The notes under the pieces: model-generated
The model's database searches: none
What the model saw: the letters and a program-made list of their open reading frames with translations, nothing else
What the model was told of the DNA's origin: nothing
Made by a program: the position numbers and the translations under genes
Part shown: in pieces, positions 1-11,841 of the stretch
Position numbering within the stretch: the stretch's first letter is position 1
How the letters are laid out: each line of letters opens with the position of its first letter
From: Hydrurus foetidus
Lineage: Eukaryota
NCBI GenBank assembly: GCA_900617105.1
Contig: UYFQ01000218.1
Coordinates: forward strand, 1-64,000
Length of the DNA stretch: 64,000 nucleotides
Direction of reading: 5' to 3'

Positions 1-280
1 TAGTGGGTATAGGCATCCAAGGAGAACTGCTGGCCGACGAGGGTAGTGTGTCTCTGTGGATGCGACGATAATCTGTGGATGCTTGACGCATTGCGCCATG
101 GGCGCATCCAGGACAGACCGGACGGGAGTGTGTGCATCTTTGGTGGTGAAGCGAGCATTGAGGGAATGATCGCGGTGCCATGCCATGCCTGGAAGACCGG
201 GGTGGCCTGTATTGATGCACGTGGTCGTACAGTGAAGCGGGAGTATAGTGTGTGACCAAAAGACTCTCCTGAGTGGTTGG

Positions 281-3223
281 TCAGTAGGGAGTCTCCACGT
301 AGAGGCCGTCTTGGACGGTTCCACGGGTGACCTCCTTTCCATGCTGAGCTACCAGTGCAATGTAGGGAAGGGCTGATGCAGTCTCATAGAAGCGGAAGTC
401 TTTATGAGTGAAGATGCCGATGAAGTGGTCGTTGGTGACACCGCCAGCGCAGAACTGGGAGACAGAGACAAGGGTGCTGTCGCCTAGTGCAGGGAGAAGG
501 AGGGTGCTAAGCTCCAACGGTCCGAGGCTGCCTTGGTGTGTTGGTGTCATGGACGGACCGAATGCAGGGGTGACTGTGACGGATGTGCTGACAGGTTCAA
601 TGCTGGTAAGACGTTGGGAGCGGCCGGTGCCAGAGCGTGAAGCACCAGAGTCGAAGATGACCTTGTCGGGGACGTGGAACGAGTTGAGTCTCTCATGTTG
701 GGACTTGACGACGAATGTGTTGAGCTTGGAGTCGGAGGTACCGCCGGATGGTGCAGGAGGGCGAGCTGATGCAAGCGGAGGGCGAGTACTGTTGAAGGCA
801 TGTCGGACATTTGTCGAGCGTTGAGATCCGACTGGTGGAGTCATTCGGTGGCGCTGGGCACGAGGCATAGTGAAAGGCGAGTCGGATGCAAGTGGTTGCG
901 CGGCTTGCCAACGTTTGAGTGACCCGGTAAGAGGGTCAGAGGGTGTCGATGGAACAGGTGGTAACGGAGTATTGAACTCCGGAAGCGTAGTGGGAATCGA
1001 TGCAGAAGGTGAGGCGGAAGAGGATGCGGACGAGGACGAGGTAGTGTCTTGACGCTTAGTGTCCCCTTGAGTCTGGTCCTTTTGGAATGCGATGCCGCGC
1101 TTCCTTGCGTTGTACCGCTGAAGTTCCATCGATGCGTCCGGTGGTACCCATGGGGATGCGTCTGATGGAGGGACCATGAGACGTGTGACGGCTCCATGTA
1201 GGTAGTTGACATAAGAGAGGGCGCATCGAGGGCCACTGATGTTATGTGTTGGACAGGACATGTTGTACGGGAGGAAACAGATGGAGTCTTCGACAGAGGA
1301 CTCTGAATCGCTCTCATAGTTCCGCAAAGTGTATCGTTTGCGTATGTTCTGTGGGGCAGTAGATGCTGCGAGGTCCCTGGCGAGAGATACTGTGCGGTAG
1401 TGTGACTCGGTGGGTTCAACAGGATCGGGTCCGACGAAGAGGCTGTTGGGTGTAACATGAAATGCGTCGGGTAGGACATGCTGGATTACGACTCGAATAG
1501 CTTGGATGAATGACTCGTTCGATCCAGTTCGTGTCATAAGACCGTCAACGTGCGCATCAACTTCCGTGAGCATGAGTATGCGAAGAGTGGGAATGTTGTG
1601 CCAGGAGTTGCCGGGTGCATTGGCATATCGGGCAAGCTGTGCTGCGACCCAGGAGGCACAGTCGTAGATGAGGACACTTTCAAATATCGCCATGTGGTCT
1701 GGACTGATCTGGTCGTCGAGGTACAGAGCAGTGTGGACGAGGAAGTAAAAGAAAATGTTCCCGACTGTGGACTGATAGGTGGTGATGTCTTCAATCAAGG
1801 TTGGATTGAAGGTGCGGTAGTGCCCTGGGTCATACTCAAGATTGGGTGGAGTCGGCGGCTCAGTGTTGGCGAGCAGCAGGTTGCGAGCAATCTTGTGGAT
1901 GAGGTTCATATACCGAGAGTATCCGTCTCTGACATCAGCGCGGCAGTTGCTGAGGGTGGTTGGGGATACCCAGCCGAAAATAGCGAGGTATATATGAGGC
2001 GCCGGTGTAGGGGATCCAGGCAAGGCGGGACGGTTCACATAGATGATGAAGTCATTTGCTGAGAGGGGCTGCTGATGAATGCGGTGGTGGACCACAGTGT
2101 AGTACTGAAGGATGTACGTGGAGCATTGTCGGCAGATACCCTGGAAGACAGTGGAGGAGGTGACTTCGTCATTGGTGAGGAAGGCCCAGGTACGTGTGAA
2201 GGCATCGACTTCTTCTTGCATTGGGGTCCCATATGTTGGCGAAGAGATGTTCTGATGGCGCGGCGTGTCCCATGCTGTAGCATTCTCTGGGGCGACAGGA
2301 GTCGGGGGGGTACCCAGGACTACTGGGGTAGATGCTGGTTGAGTATGTTCGGAACGTACGTACGGTCGGAGCATTAAGGGAGAGGCGGCATTAGAAGATG
2401 GACGAGTTGGAGATCGCAGTGGTGAGTGTCCTGATGGAGGGAGTCCTGGCGGAAGTGCTAACTCGAGAGGAGGATCAGACGGTGTATCCGGAGGAGGTGC
2501 TGGGTCAGTGTCGGTGACTCGGAACATGTTGAGGGAGAAGCGCACATATCCGGAGGGTTCGGCGTTATCCAAAAGCGTGTTGTTCTGCCATCCGTCCTCA
2601 GGGTTGATGTTGGGTCCGTTGGTAAGAAGCTTCATGGGGATGTTGCTCTTGAGGTAAGGGACACGGCCATCGATACTCGTCACTGGAAAGGTCTGCTTGC
2701 CCTTGGCTTTGATCCGGTTCTTGTCCGTGACTGGAGCGGATCCAGGTGGGGCAGAAGGATGTGTTTTGCCAGAGGGAGGTGTCGCTGCCGGTGGCTTAGC
2801 AGGAGCATGATAGTACTTGCACTTGTTGCCGAGAAGGCAGGTACCAGCGAGGAACTTGCGGCAGGCTTCAGGGGTAGTGGACAAGGCAGCTATCTTGACC
2901 GGCTTGTCTTGTAGGAGGGCATACTCAGAATAGACAACAGCTCTCTCCAAAGTTTGGTGATAGGTGAGCATGTTGCTATGGCAGGACATAAAGTAGGATT
3001 TGGTGTTGGGGCGGTGGTCGTTCATGAAGGCGTTGTGAAGGAATTGAAGGCGCTCCTGCTCGGTGCTCGGTCTGGCCTGGGCGTACTCGAATTCTGTCAT
3101 CAACGTTGTAAACCTCACTAAATCCTCTTGAAAACAAGTAGCCGTGGAGCCCTTGAAGTTTTGTAGAAGCCGCCGGAGTCGGTTGATGTCTGCTTCAGTA
3201 TGTCCGTAGTAGTGCTTGTGCAT
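281..3223 (-). CDS. Copia Gag C-terminal part, CCCH finger, large unknown insert and aspartic protease; upstream gag is frameshifted over about 3118-3949
   Basis: 980-aa ORF with CRKFLAGTCLLGNKCKYYH, VIFDSGASRSG and GTVQDGLY. Upstream pieces 3302..3706 and 3118..3480 carry NPSGYS..VPADD, matching the gag at 5500-6195. Confidence 0.8.
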   Translation of the reverse strand: MHKHYYGHTEADINRLRRLLQNFKGSTATCFQEDLVRFTTLMTEFEYAQARPSTEQERLQFLHNAFMNDHRPNTKSYFMSCHSNMLTYHQTLERAVVYSEYALLQDKPVKIAALSTTPEACRKFLAGTCLLGNKCKYYHAPAKPPAATPPSGKTHPSAPPGSAPVTDKNRIKAKGKQTFPVTSIDGRVPYLKSNIPMKLLTNGPNINPEDGWQNNTLLDNAEPSGYVRFSLNMFRVTDTDPAPPPDTPSDPPLELALPPGLPPSGHSPLRSPTRPSSNAASPLMLRPYVRSEHTQPASTPVVLGTPPTPVAPENATAWDTPRHQNISSPTYGTPMQEEVDAFTRTWAFLTNDEVTSSTVFQGICRQCSTYILQYYTVVHHRIHQQPLSANDFIIYVNRPALPGSPTPAPHIYLAIFGWVSPTTLSNCRADVRDGYSRYMNLIHKIARNLLLANTEPPTPPNLEYDPGHYRTFNPTLIEDITTYQSTVGNIFFYFLVHTALYLDDQISPDHMAIFESVLIYDCASWVAAQLARYANAPGNSWHNIPTLRILMLTEVDAHVDGLMTRTGSNESFIQAIRVVIQHVLPDAFHVTPNSLFVGPDPVEPTESHYRTVSLARDLAASTAPQNIRKRYTLRNYESDSESSVEDSICFLPYNMSCPTHNISGPRCALSYVNYLHGAVTRLMVPPSDASPWVPPDASMELQRYNARKRGIAFQKDQTQGDTKRQDTTSSSSASSSASPSASIPTTLPEFNTPLPPVPSTPSDPLTGSLKRWQAAQPLASDSPFTMPRAQRHRMTPPVGSQRSTNVRHAFNSTRPPLASARPPAPSGGTSDSKLNTFVVKSQHERLNSFHVPDKVIFDSGASRSGTGRSQRLTSIEPVSTSVTVTPAFGPSMTPTHQGSLGPLELSTLLLPALGDSTLVSVSQFCAGGVTNDHFIGIFTHKDFRFYETASALPYIALVAQHGKEVTRGTVQDGLYVETPY

Positions 3224-3585
3224 ACGTTTATAAATAGCGATCCCATCGCGAGAGGTAAAGGAATCGGCACATAGATAGTGGGTAGACTCGCTGAAAGCGT
3301 TTTACATGACGTTGTATAAACGTTTCTTGTCGTGGGCCCACCGTGTGACATCGTCGGCAGGGACATAGTTGAATGTTCCATCAAGATTCTCTGACGTTGT
3401 AGGCTCCGAGTATCCTGATGGGTTGTGTCTCGTTGGGATTGGCTCGCGACGCGTGCCCATCGCCATTGGATAGAGTCCAACGACGTGGAGCATGTTGTCG
3501 AGAGCTTTGAACCGCTTGTTAGATCCCACAGTCGTTGTGGAGATCTGGTTTTGCTTGATGCTATCCATTTCGGAAGAGGTCGTCA

Positions 3586-3735
3586 ACACGAGATCGAGTT
3601 TTAGCCGTTTGAGCTCCAAAACAGATTCCAAAGCGGCATTATATGATAGCCCACTAGCTGACACGAGATCGAGTTTTAGCCGTTTGAGCTCCAAAACAGA
3701 TTCCAAAGCGGCATTATATGATAGCCCACTTGCTG
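3586..3735. repeat. 75-bp tandem duplication inside Copia gag (in frame, 25 aa)
   Basis: acacgagatcgagtttt...gatagcccact starts at 3586 and again at 3661; the peptide ESVLELKRLKLDLV occurs twice. Confidence 0.95.
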
Positions 3736-4048
3736 AAACTTCTGCCGAAGTTTGGCGCGGTGGCGTGGCTTCCTCTGCATGGGAGTCTCGTCGAGGTCAG
3801 TTTGGTGTGGAGACATTTTGCCGATTTGCTGTCGAGCTGGTGGCCAAATTTTGAGTTTGGGCTCTTATGGCCTCGGCGACACGTTCATCGAACTCTGCGA
3901 GGGTCATGGAGAGCATGCGCGGCAGCTGGGCTCGGCTGGGAGTCTCTAGCCCAGTTGGGTCATGGTATTCCTCGTTGATTTGGTCTGTGTTGTCGGACGA
4001 TCGTAGCATCATGGCCGACTTGAGATATCTGTTGTGATGAGATACCGT

Positions 4049-4770
4049 TGATATATTGATACTATATCGATGATTGCTGAACTTTCTATGCAATCGCTAC
4101 CATGTGAGTCAGACTGTGGAGTGAAGCGAGCTACCTGTTGGCTGCGGAAGCGCAAAGGAAAGACTGGCTGATGGAAGTGGTCTCGGAAGACGTGTTTACT
4201 TACAACGATCAAGTAGTAAAACAACTGGCGATGATATCAGAGAAGACAACCATCAAAAAAGCAAAGCAAAGCATCCATTGTGCATGAAATGGTGATCGCC
4301 GAAGTGGAAACATATTCAGCGAATATTCAAGTTGGCGATTGAGCAATGGGAAGAACCCTCGCTGCTCATGAAATCGGATGCTTGGTGGAAACCGGATACC
4401 TGGTGGGAATCCGGATGCTTGGTGGTGAAAAACCGGATGCTTGGTGATGGCCCCGAAGGAGGATATCGCTAGAAGAACGATGAGCGTATGTACACAACAG
4501 TGTATGGCGGTGTTTTGGGTGAGGAAGCGCTACACTACTTGTGACATGTCAATGCTAATCTACAGATGAAACTATGCTAACAGATCATGCATGAATATGC
4601 TGGACTGACAATCAGATCGGTTAGATTCTGACCCAAGACCTAAGATCGCTTCTTCATTTGCTGCATGTGTCGTGAATAATACAAGTTATAATGAGTCGAT
4701 GGAAATTATGTTGAGAGTCGCAGATGCAATGCCGCCTGAAACAGCAGTCATTCGCATGACGAGTGTAACA
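4049..4770 (-). repeat. Putative 5' LTR of the first Copia, containing four ccggatgcttggtg-like repeats at about 4373-4447
   Basis: Minus strand begins TGTTA at 4770 and ends TATCA at 4049, followed by a degenerate iMet-like PBS (ACGGTATC). The partner LTR lies outside the window, so the boundaries are unconfirmed. Confidence 0.4.
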
Positions 4771-4861
4771 TCTTTCCCGGAAACTTCAAGTAGTTCGGAA
4801 TATTCTCTCTAAAAATACAATTCAGAATCAATCTCAAGCAAAACTATCTCAATATCAATCT

Positions 4862-5500
4862 TTGTCAAATCCTCCGCAGAATCCGGGTAAACAAACACAA
4901 TATAATCCAAATTATAATTATGATATTAATAACAAAAATAAAATTCATGATGCGACATCGTTACCTGACAGTACTGGAGAGAATAAAAGACCAACTAAAA
5001 ATGGTGGATATTGTTTTGGATTTCAAAAAGGTACTTGTAATAGACCAACATGCAAGTATAAGCATGAAATGAATCCCGACAATGAAAATAAAATACCTCA
5101 ACCTCAACCAAACACTATTCCATATAAAAAGTCAGTACAATTTGATCCAAGTCAAGCACAAATTGACTCAGTAGGACCAAAGGTTGGTGATCCAAGTATA
5201 CGGGGTGGGTATTCTAAAGCTCAAATTAGAAGATTAAATTGGATGAGATCACAAGACACTGAAACTGAACATCAAGTGCGTGCATTTTCAAGTTGGGGTA
5301 ACCCTTCTGCACCGCCATATCAATCAAATGAAGATAGGCACAATACACTGATGAGAGTGCGAATACCTCCAAATGATCAAAGAACAATAAAAACAAGTAG
5401 GCAAAATCAAGAATATAAAAAGAAAGTCAACAATGGAAAATTGAATCAAATTGAAATGAAAAGTCACCAAAGAGCTCTACTCCAAAATGTACAAAATGAA
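4862..5500 (+). pseudogene. Fragment of a CCCH-type Copia gag C-terminus
   Basis: CFGFQKGTCNRPTCKYKH in an AT-rich ORF; composition changes abruptly near 5500. Confidence 0.55.
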
Positions 5501-6195
5501 TATTCTGCTTGCTCTATCTCCCAAAGGGCAATCAATGCCGCAATATTATTAGCCAAAGGCGATGGTGTATTACCAGTCATCACTGCTCGGAACCCTGGAG
5601 GATACTCATCAGGTCGCAGAAGAAGGACTGTATGATGTCATCCCAGCTGATGACATCTACAAAAGATAACACGATTTGGATCGATTATTAGTTATTCTCA
5701 ATATGGTTACTGGGAAAGATTTACATTATTTGATCAAGCGTGTGATTGCCGACAACGATGCGGTCTTATGGTTCAAGACTATCTACGACCACATCAACGG
5801 CACCAAAAACAGCGACATCAGGAAGGCAACGGATCAGCTCCACTCCCTGAAGCTCAAGTCCACACAAACCATTCAGGAGAATGTGGCAACCATCGAAGAG
5901 GCCTTCAGAGTCCTCAAAGTCGCAAGTGGCGTGCCTGTTACCGATGATCAAAAGCTTTATCATCTACAAGAAAAGCTGGAGCATGATGCAAGATTCAGTG
6001 TCCTATCAATCATGGCATCATCAAAGACGTCACAGGCATCCTACGAAGACACCATCAAGTATCTTGTACTTCTTGATCCTGCCCCAGCGGTAGCTCACAA
6101 GATGGCCTCCCTAACCCCAACCATAGAGCTGTGCAGACGCCACATCACAGGCCTATGTACCAATGGTTCATCATGCAAGTATTCACAATACATTC
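5500..6195 (+). pseudogene. Truncated Copia gag of the same family as the element at 1-4770
   Basis: NPGGYS...IPADD...DRLLVIL...WFKTIYDHING aligns by eye with the first element's gag. It ends in CRRHITGLCTNGSSCKYS, a CCCH finger cut at the last His just before the next LTR. Confidence 0.75.
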
Positions 6196-6582
6196 TTGTT
6201 TGAAAATAAAATGCTTGTATGTACAAATATTTGTTGTGTTTGATATATGTAGGGCGTACTAAATTATGTTGAAGTTGTGATAGTTTGGGAACTCGGAAGA
6301 AATTCCGTGTAAATCGCACAGATTTCCAACATAAACGACAGTCATCCTTAGATAGCTTAGCTAGTAAGTTGCAAAAGATTTGCAAGGATGAGAGGACGAG
6401 GCGATGGGAGATTCCAGTCCCGTGGTGGGGGCAGGGGTCGATATGGTAGGGGGCAAGGTGAGCCCCATAAACCCATAGTAAAAGGTAGGAAGCCCGAGGT
6501 AGGTGCTTACCTGGATTTGCCACGACGCCAAGCGGCAGATCCGAAAGCCGTGTTGATATAGCTTGAATGTTTAAGAGTCTAT

Positions 6583-7554
6583 ATGTATAGTACTTACGAA
6601 TCTTCTATTAAAGAAATTATCGGCATAGATGGGGTCCTTTCAGACTACGAAGAATTCGTCGAGCCAGAAGACCCACCGGAGAACGCCGGCATGGTCGCCA
6701 TAGAGAGGTGGAAGACAGCAAGTAAGAAATATGCTGCTAATGTTGAATTGCATAAAAAAGATTGCGCAAAACTATATGGTGTAATACTAGGTCAGATATC
6801 GGACGCCTCGATCACCAGAGTGAACGAGATGCCGGCAGGTAAGAGGGTCATAGAGGACTGCGATCCCCTGGAGGTGTTGACATGTGTGGTTGCAACACAC
6901 ATGAACAACAAAAGGTATGGAGATATACATAACATGACTACCGCCATCAGAAACTTTTCTAATAACAAAATGTATCAGAACGAAGACATAGCTGCTTATT
7001 TTAGTAGGTGTAGGAGCGAGTCATACAGGATCACCGACGAAGAAGAGCCACTACACGTAGATGAGTTTCATGCAATATTATTTGTAACCGGTCTGAATTC
7101 AAACTATTTAGAATATATCAATACATTTAAAAATAAGGTTCGGTTATGGCCGCAGACCATGGCCGATGCCAACCAGGACGCGGCCAACTTCCTTATGGGA
7201 AGGCCCTTCCACGGAGGAGCTCCCCCGAACTCGGAGAAGCGAAACGTTTTCGCGGCCGGTCGGGGTGGGAGAGCGGGTCCGACTGGGAGAGGCGGCAAAG
7301 GCCGGGGTAGTAGCGAGAGCGGAGCTGAGAAGGGCGGATTCGACACCCCCGGCAGCGAGAGTACAGCTAGGGCAGGCACTCCCTATAGGGATAGGGAGAC
7401 CACCCCGAGTAGAGAGAGGAGTGGTACCGTAGAAGAGTACGGTACGAGATACGGAAGCTGTAACAACTGCGGGGAGGAGGGTCATTATGCCTACGAGTGT
7501 AAGAAGCCGCCGAGGAAGAACGCACCTGCGCGTCACCCTTCCTCGGAAAAGTAA
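6583..7554 (+). CDS. gag: Copia Gag with RGG-rich tract and CCHC knuckle
   Basis: CNNCGEEGHYAYEC knuckle and GRGGRAG tract. Confidence 0.9.
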   Translation: MYSTYESSIKEIIGIDGVLSDYEEFVEPEDPPENAGMVAIERWKTASKKYAANVELHKKDCAKLYGVILGQISDASITRVNEMPAGKRVIEDCDPLEVLTCVVATHMNNKRYGDIHNMTTAIRNFSNNKMYQNEDIAAYFSRCRSESYRITDEEEPLHVDEFHAILFVTGLNSNYLEYINTFKNKVRLWPQTMADANQDAANFLMGRPFHGGAPPNSEKRNVFAAGRGGRAGPTGRGGKGRGSSESGAEKGGFDTPGSESTARAGTPYRDRETTPSRERSGTVEEYGTRYGSCNNCGEEGHYAYECKKPPRKNAPARHPSSEK

Positions 7555-7664
7555 GTCCCTTATATGCTTTTTTACCTGATTCACTAGCTAAGGATGTAAA
7601 TGTTTCGTGTGGGGAAACCGGACTGCATGACATATTTGCAACGTCGACCAGCTACCCTGCGTTT

Positions 7665-10600
7665 GTGCCATTGTTAGATAAAGCATGCAGCTTGGAGAAT
7701 TCTTGTCCAATGAACAGTAAAAATTGTGGGGGTGACCCTGTGATTTTTAGTGCGAATGTATATACACACAGTTCCACATTCACAGACAGACAAGTGTTGT
7801 TAGATACATGTGCAGCAGAGTCAGTATTTTGTAGTGGAGATTTATTTTATAGTATTATGCTGTCCGCTACTCCGATGATTATTAATGGAGTGAACCCTCA
7901 GGGGGAACCCTTGATAATCACGAAGTGTGGCGAGACGGACTTCGGAACAGTTTACTACGATAGCAATTGTATAGCTAATATATTATCCTTCGGTAACATA
8001 GTGAGCGTGAGCGAGTCAGTTAGCTATGACAGTTACCAGGATTGTTACAAGGTTAAATTGATTAAGTCAGGACCTGTATATAGATTTGTCCATGATCAGT
8101 CTACGAACATATATCTATGCGACTTAGACAGAAATGTCAGTTACAAGAATGTATCGTTCGATAAATCGATCATGGTCATGACAGTTAAGGATAAGAAGAA
8201 ACTGTACACAGCTAGACAAGTTAAGTCAGCAGAGTTAGCTAGAGAGTATCAGAGAAAGTTAGGTTACGCCAGCCCAGGACAGTTAATTAAATTAATAGGT
8301 CAGGGGAAATTAGATAAGAGTGACATAACAGCGCAAGATGTAGTTAGAGCATTAGATATTTTTGGACCAGATTTGGGTTCCCTTAAGGGGAAAACAACTA
8401 GTCACAAAACTGAGTTAGAGGAAGAGATGCCAGTTGTAGATAGGCAGTTCCTAAACCAGATTATGTACATAGATTTGATGTTTGTGAACTCGATACCCTA
8501 TCTAGTCACTGTTACAAATCCCTTAGAATATGTGATGATATGTAAGAGAGCAACATACATCACATTACTAAGTATGGATTTAAGATAACTATGATAAGAA
8601 TAGACGGAGAGTCGGCAGTCAATACTTTAAGTTTTGAGAGTAAGCTAGCCGCACTAGGTATTATATTAGACAGTACTGGAGCAGGAGAAGCAGTAGCTGT
8701 AGTTGAGAGGAAGATTAGAGTGATCAAGGAACGTGTTCGTGCCATCATCAACACGGTACCTTTTTCACTGAGTGAGCTACTAGAAAGTTGGTTACTTAGA
8801 TATGTTGTGAACAGATTAAATTTAGTACCAACTAGAAACAGTGTAGCTTACGTCAGCCCCAGAGAGAAATTATACGGTAGAAAGATTAACGTAGATAAGG
8901 AGTTGAAACACGGTTTCGGTGATTACGTACAAGTACATACCGATTCCGTGGATAACTCAAATAAACCCAGATCACAGGCAGCAATAGCATTAGTTAGTGC
9001 AGGCAACCTAGAAGGATCATGGTATTATCTGCTGTTAGCTAACTTAAAAGTAGTGAAGAGGACAAAGGCTACTAGCCTACCAATGACAGATGATGTGATC
9101 AGTTACCTCGATAAGTTAGCATCTGAGAGGAAATTAAATATGTCAGTGAATGTCAAGCAACCTATTTTCGAACAGAGTAATCAAATCCTCGAAGACGATG
9201 GAAATGATTACTCCAACGATGAATTTGAGTTGCAGACACCTGACATGATAACACCGTATAGTTATCCCACAGAAGACGAATTTGTGCATCATGAGATAGC
9301 AAATAATTTTGACTCATACGATGGCAATTCTGATGTAGCTTACGAATCAGAGTTCGAACAATTAACAGAATACATACCAAATGATATATACGTTAATGAA
9401 GGAGAGGATGTAGTGTATGACGATACACCAACTGACCCCGATGCATTAATGAATGATATATTTGGTGTAGACAGTGATGATGAGGTAGATACCCCCACCA
9501 CAGAAAATAGCAAGTCAGAGGAAATTCTAGATATACAACCCAGACGTAGTGCTAGAAACCATCAGCCAGGTAGATGGAATAAGAGATTAGTAGGTTTAAG
9601 TATACCTAGCTACAAAGATTCAGTTATGTGTAAGTACATGATGAACATGACCGTAACAGAAGGAGTACAGAAATTAGGCGAAATAGCCGTAGATTCCATC
9701 AGAAAAGAGTTACAACAGATGTGTGATAAGAATGTGTGGGAGGCAGTTCACCTCAACAGTCTTAGTTACAATCAGAGGAAAAGTATCATAACCAGCAGTA
9801 TGTTTTTAAAAGATAAGTATACAGCAGATGGTAAATTTGATAAGCTAAAATCTAGACTTGTAGCAGGAGGGCATTTACAAGATAGAAATATATATGATAA
9901 CGGTTCATCACCAACTGTTAGCACCACTAGCGTATTTATTGTTGCTGCAATTGCTGCTAGCGGTCGCTACGATCGATTTTCCTGGTGCATTCCTCAACAG
10001 TGATATGCCACTAGACGGTGACCATGCAGTGCTGATGAGACTGAATAAATATTTGACTAACATATTAGTTAGCATTGACAAGTCTTATCAGAAGTATGTA
10101 AATGAGAAAGGAACAGTAGTAGTTAAACTTAAGAAAGCATTATATGGATGTGTAGAGTCAGCTAAGTTATGGTATGATAAAATATCATCAGATTTAACAC
10201 AGCTAGGCTATAAGGTAAATCCATCAGACATATGTGTATTCAATAGGACTGAGCTAGATTCCACTCAGACTACTTTAGTTATCCATGTTGATGATATGAT
10301 GATCAGCAGTAGGGATGAGAAGCGTATAGATAGTATAATTTCAGAGATAGAAAGACTATACCCAGGCTTAACTAAGAGTAGAGGTAGAGTTTTGAATTAT
10401 ATAGGTATGACTTTTAACTTTGAGCAGTTAGGCAGAGTTGTCATATCCATGGAAGGTTTCATAAAAGACTTGTTAGACGATTGCATAGAGATTGTGGGGG
10501 TGTCTAGAACACCTGCCGACGATAATCTATTTAAGATCGATCTTAACAGTCCTTTATTGAAAGATAAAGAACGTGAGAGATTCCACTCACTAACAGCTAA

Positions 10601-11234
10601 GTTGTTATATTTAAGTAAGAGAACCAGACCAGACATACTGACATGTATAGCATATCTAACTAAAAGAGTCCTAGAACCTAGAACCGACGACTGGAATAAG
10701 TTAGCGCATACTATACGGTATATCAGAGAGACTAGAGCTACGCCGCTGACCCTAGAGGTAGATACTCCGGTTAAGGTTATAGCCTATATAGATGCATCAT
10801 ACGCTGTACATGCAGATAAGAAGAGTCACACTGGCTGTATTATAACACTAGGTAAGGGAGCAATATATGGTAAGAGTTCCACTCAGAAATTAAATACCAC
10901 GTCTAGCACAGAGGCAGAATTAGTAGCTATGACTGAAGCAGGTAATCAGGTTTTATGGACTAGGAATTTCCTTATCCATCAAGAGTATGAGGTAGGTCCA
11001 GCTTTAATTTACCAAGATAACCTATCCACAATTCAGTTAGTTAAGAACGGTAGGTCCAACAGTGAAAGAACTAGACACATAGACATCAAGTTTTTCTTCC
11101 TGCATGACCGAATTAAATCAGACCATATTATTGTAACCTACAAGAGTACTAAAGAAATGATTGCAGATTTGCTGACCAAGCCACTGCAGGGGAAGCTATT
11201 CCAAGAGCTACGCGACCAAGTGCTCAATGTATAA
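7665..11234 (+). pseudogene. pol: Copia Pol (PR-IN-RT-RNase H), frameshifted near 8550-8590 and 9960
   Basis: VLLDTCA (protease); IDLMFV, IDGES and VERKIR (integrase DDE); KSRLVAGG, KALYG and HVDDMM (RT); YIDAS, STEAEL, QDN and ADLLTK (RNase H). Confidence 0.92.
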
Positions 11235-11625
11235 AGAAATTCAAGGGAGTTATTTATTGATTTTGACTTACCCACATATAGCGCTTTTTCCAGATAAATT
11301 ACAAAATAAAAATAAAAATCTGATTTCGCTTTAAATCAACATTTGTTTGATAGGACCGCTAAGGACATCGATAGACCGCTTTTGCGACATCGAATGTCGA
11401 CGTTTTAGTGGATTTAAGGGCACCAACATCGATTGGATCGAACTCGAGACCGGTCACCAGCTGACGCTTTTTTGACTGTTTAGAAATAGTTTTTCTCGAG
11501 TAATACCTATCCACTAATCCAACCACCCATGTTTTATTTTGCACCATATCACGACGAAACTTGCCAATATTAAAAAATTCCGTGAAAAATGTTTTTAAGA
11601 AAATTTACTGTTTACCATACCCTAG

Positions 11626-11841
11626 TGTGGCCTAACTATGGGCTGAGCGGTGGGCTGATGGGGCTGGGCGCGAGGGCAAGAGGAAAGGCAGCTATGGTGC
11701 TGGTGCTGTTAGCTAAAGATGTGGTTAGCTTACAGATAAACACAGAGATAAGCAAGTCATGAATCGGATGGCTCGGATCGTCCTCGATCCGAACCGAACG
11801 TACGCCGGTACCCGTACAGCTGTACAGCTGTGCGGGTCACA
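11626..11841 (-). repeat. Gypsy 3' LTR (216 bp, TG...CA)
   Basis: Near-identical to 18719-18923, with imperfect inverted termini TGTGRCC. Confidence 0.92.

Larger units (their letters stand above)
1..4770 (-). mobile_element. Ty1/Copia LTR retrotransposon (CCCH-Gag family), 5' half, runs off the left edge
   Basis: Minus-strand order is gag (UBN2-like helices), CCCH finger, protease VIFDSGAS and GTVQDGLY pre-integrase motif. Past the TGA at 281 come HHCC-like motifs (LYDHVH..GHPG..CPGC) and QQFSLDAYTH, the first integrase Asp. The putative LTR starts TGTTAC at 4770. Confidence 0.85.
6197..11625 (+). mobile_element. Ty1/Copia LTR retrotransposon copy A (CCHC Gag), interrupted in its 3' UTR by the Gypsy element
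   Basis: 5' LTR 6197-6331 (TGTTTGAAA...TTTCCAACA), then gag, protease, integrase, RT and RNase H in Copia order. Confidence 0.93.

Noticed and set aside
6466..6478. ccccataaacc as a half-tRNA iMet primer site
   Set aside because: It is on the wrong strand, is imperfect and lies over 130 bp from the LTR end. No PBS could be assigned for Copia A.
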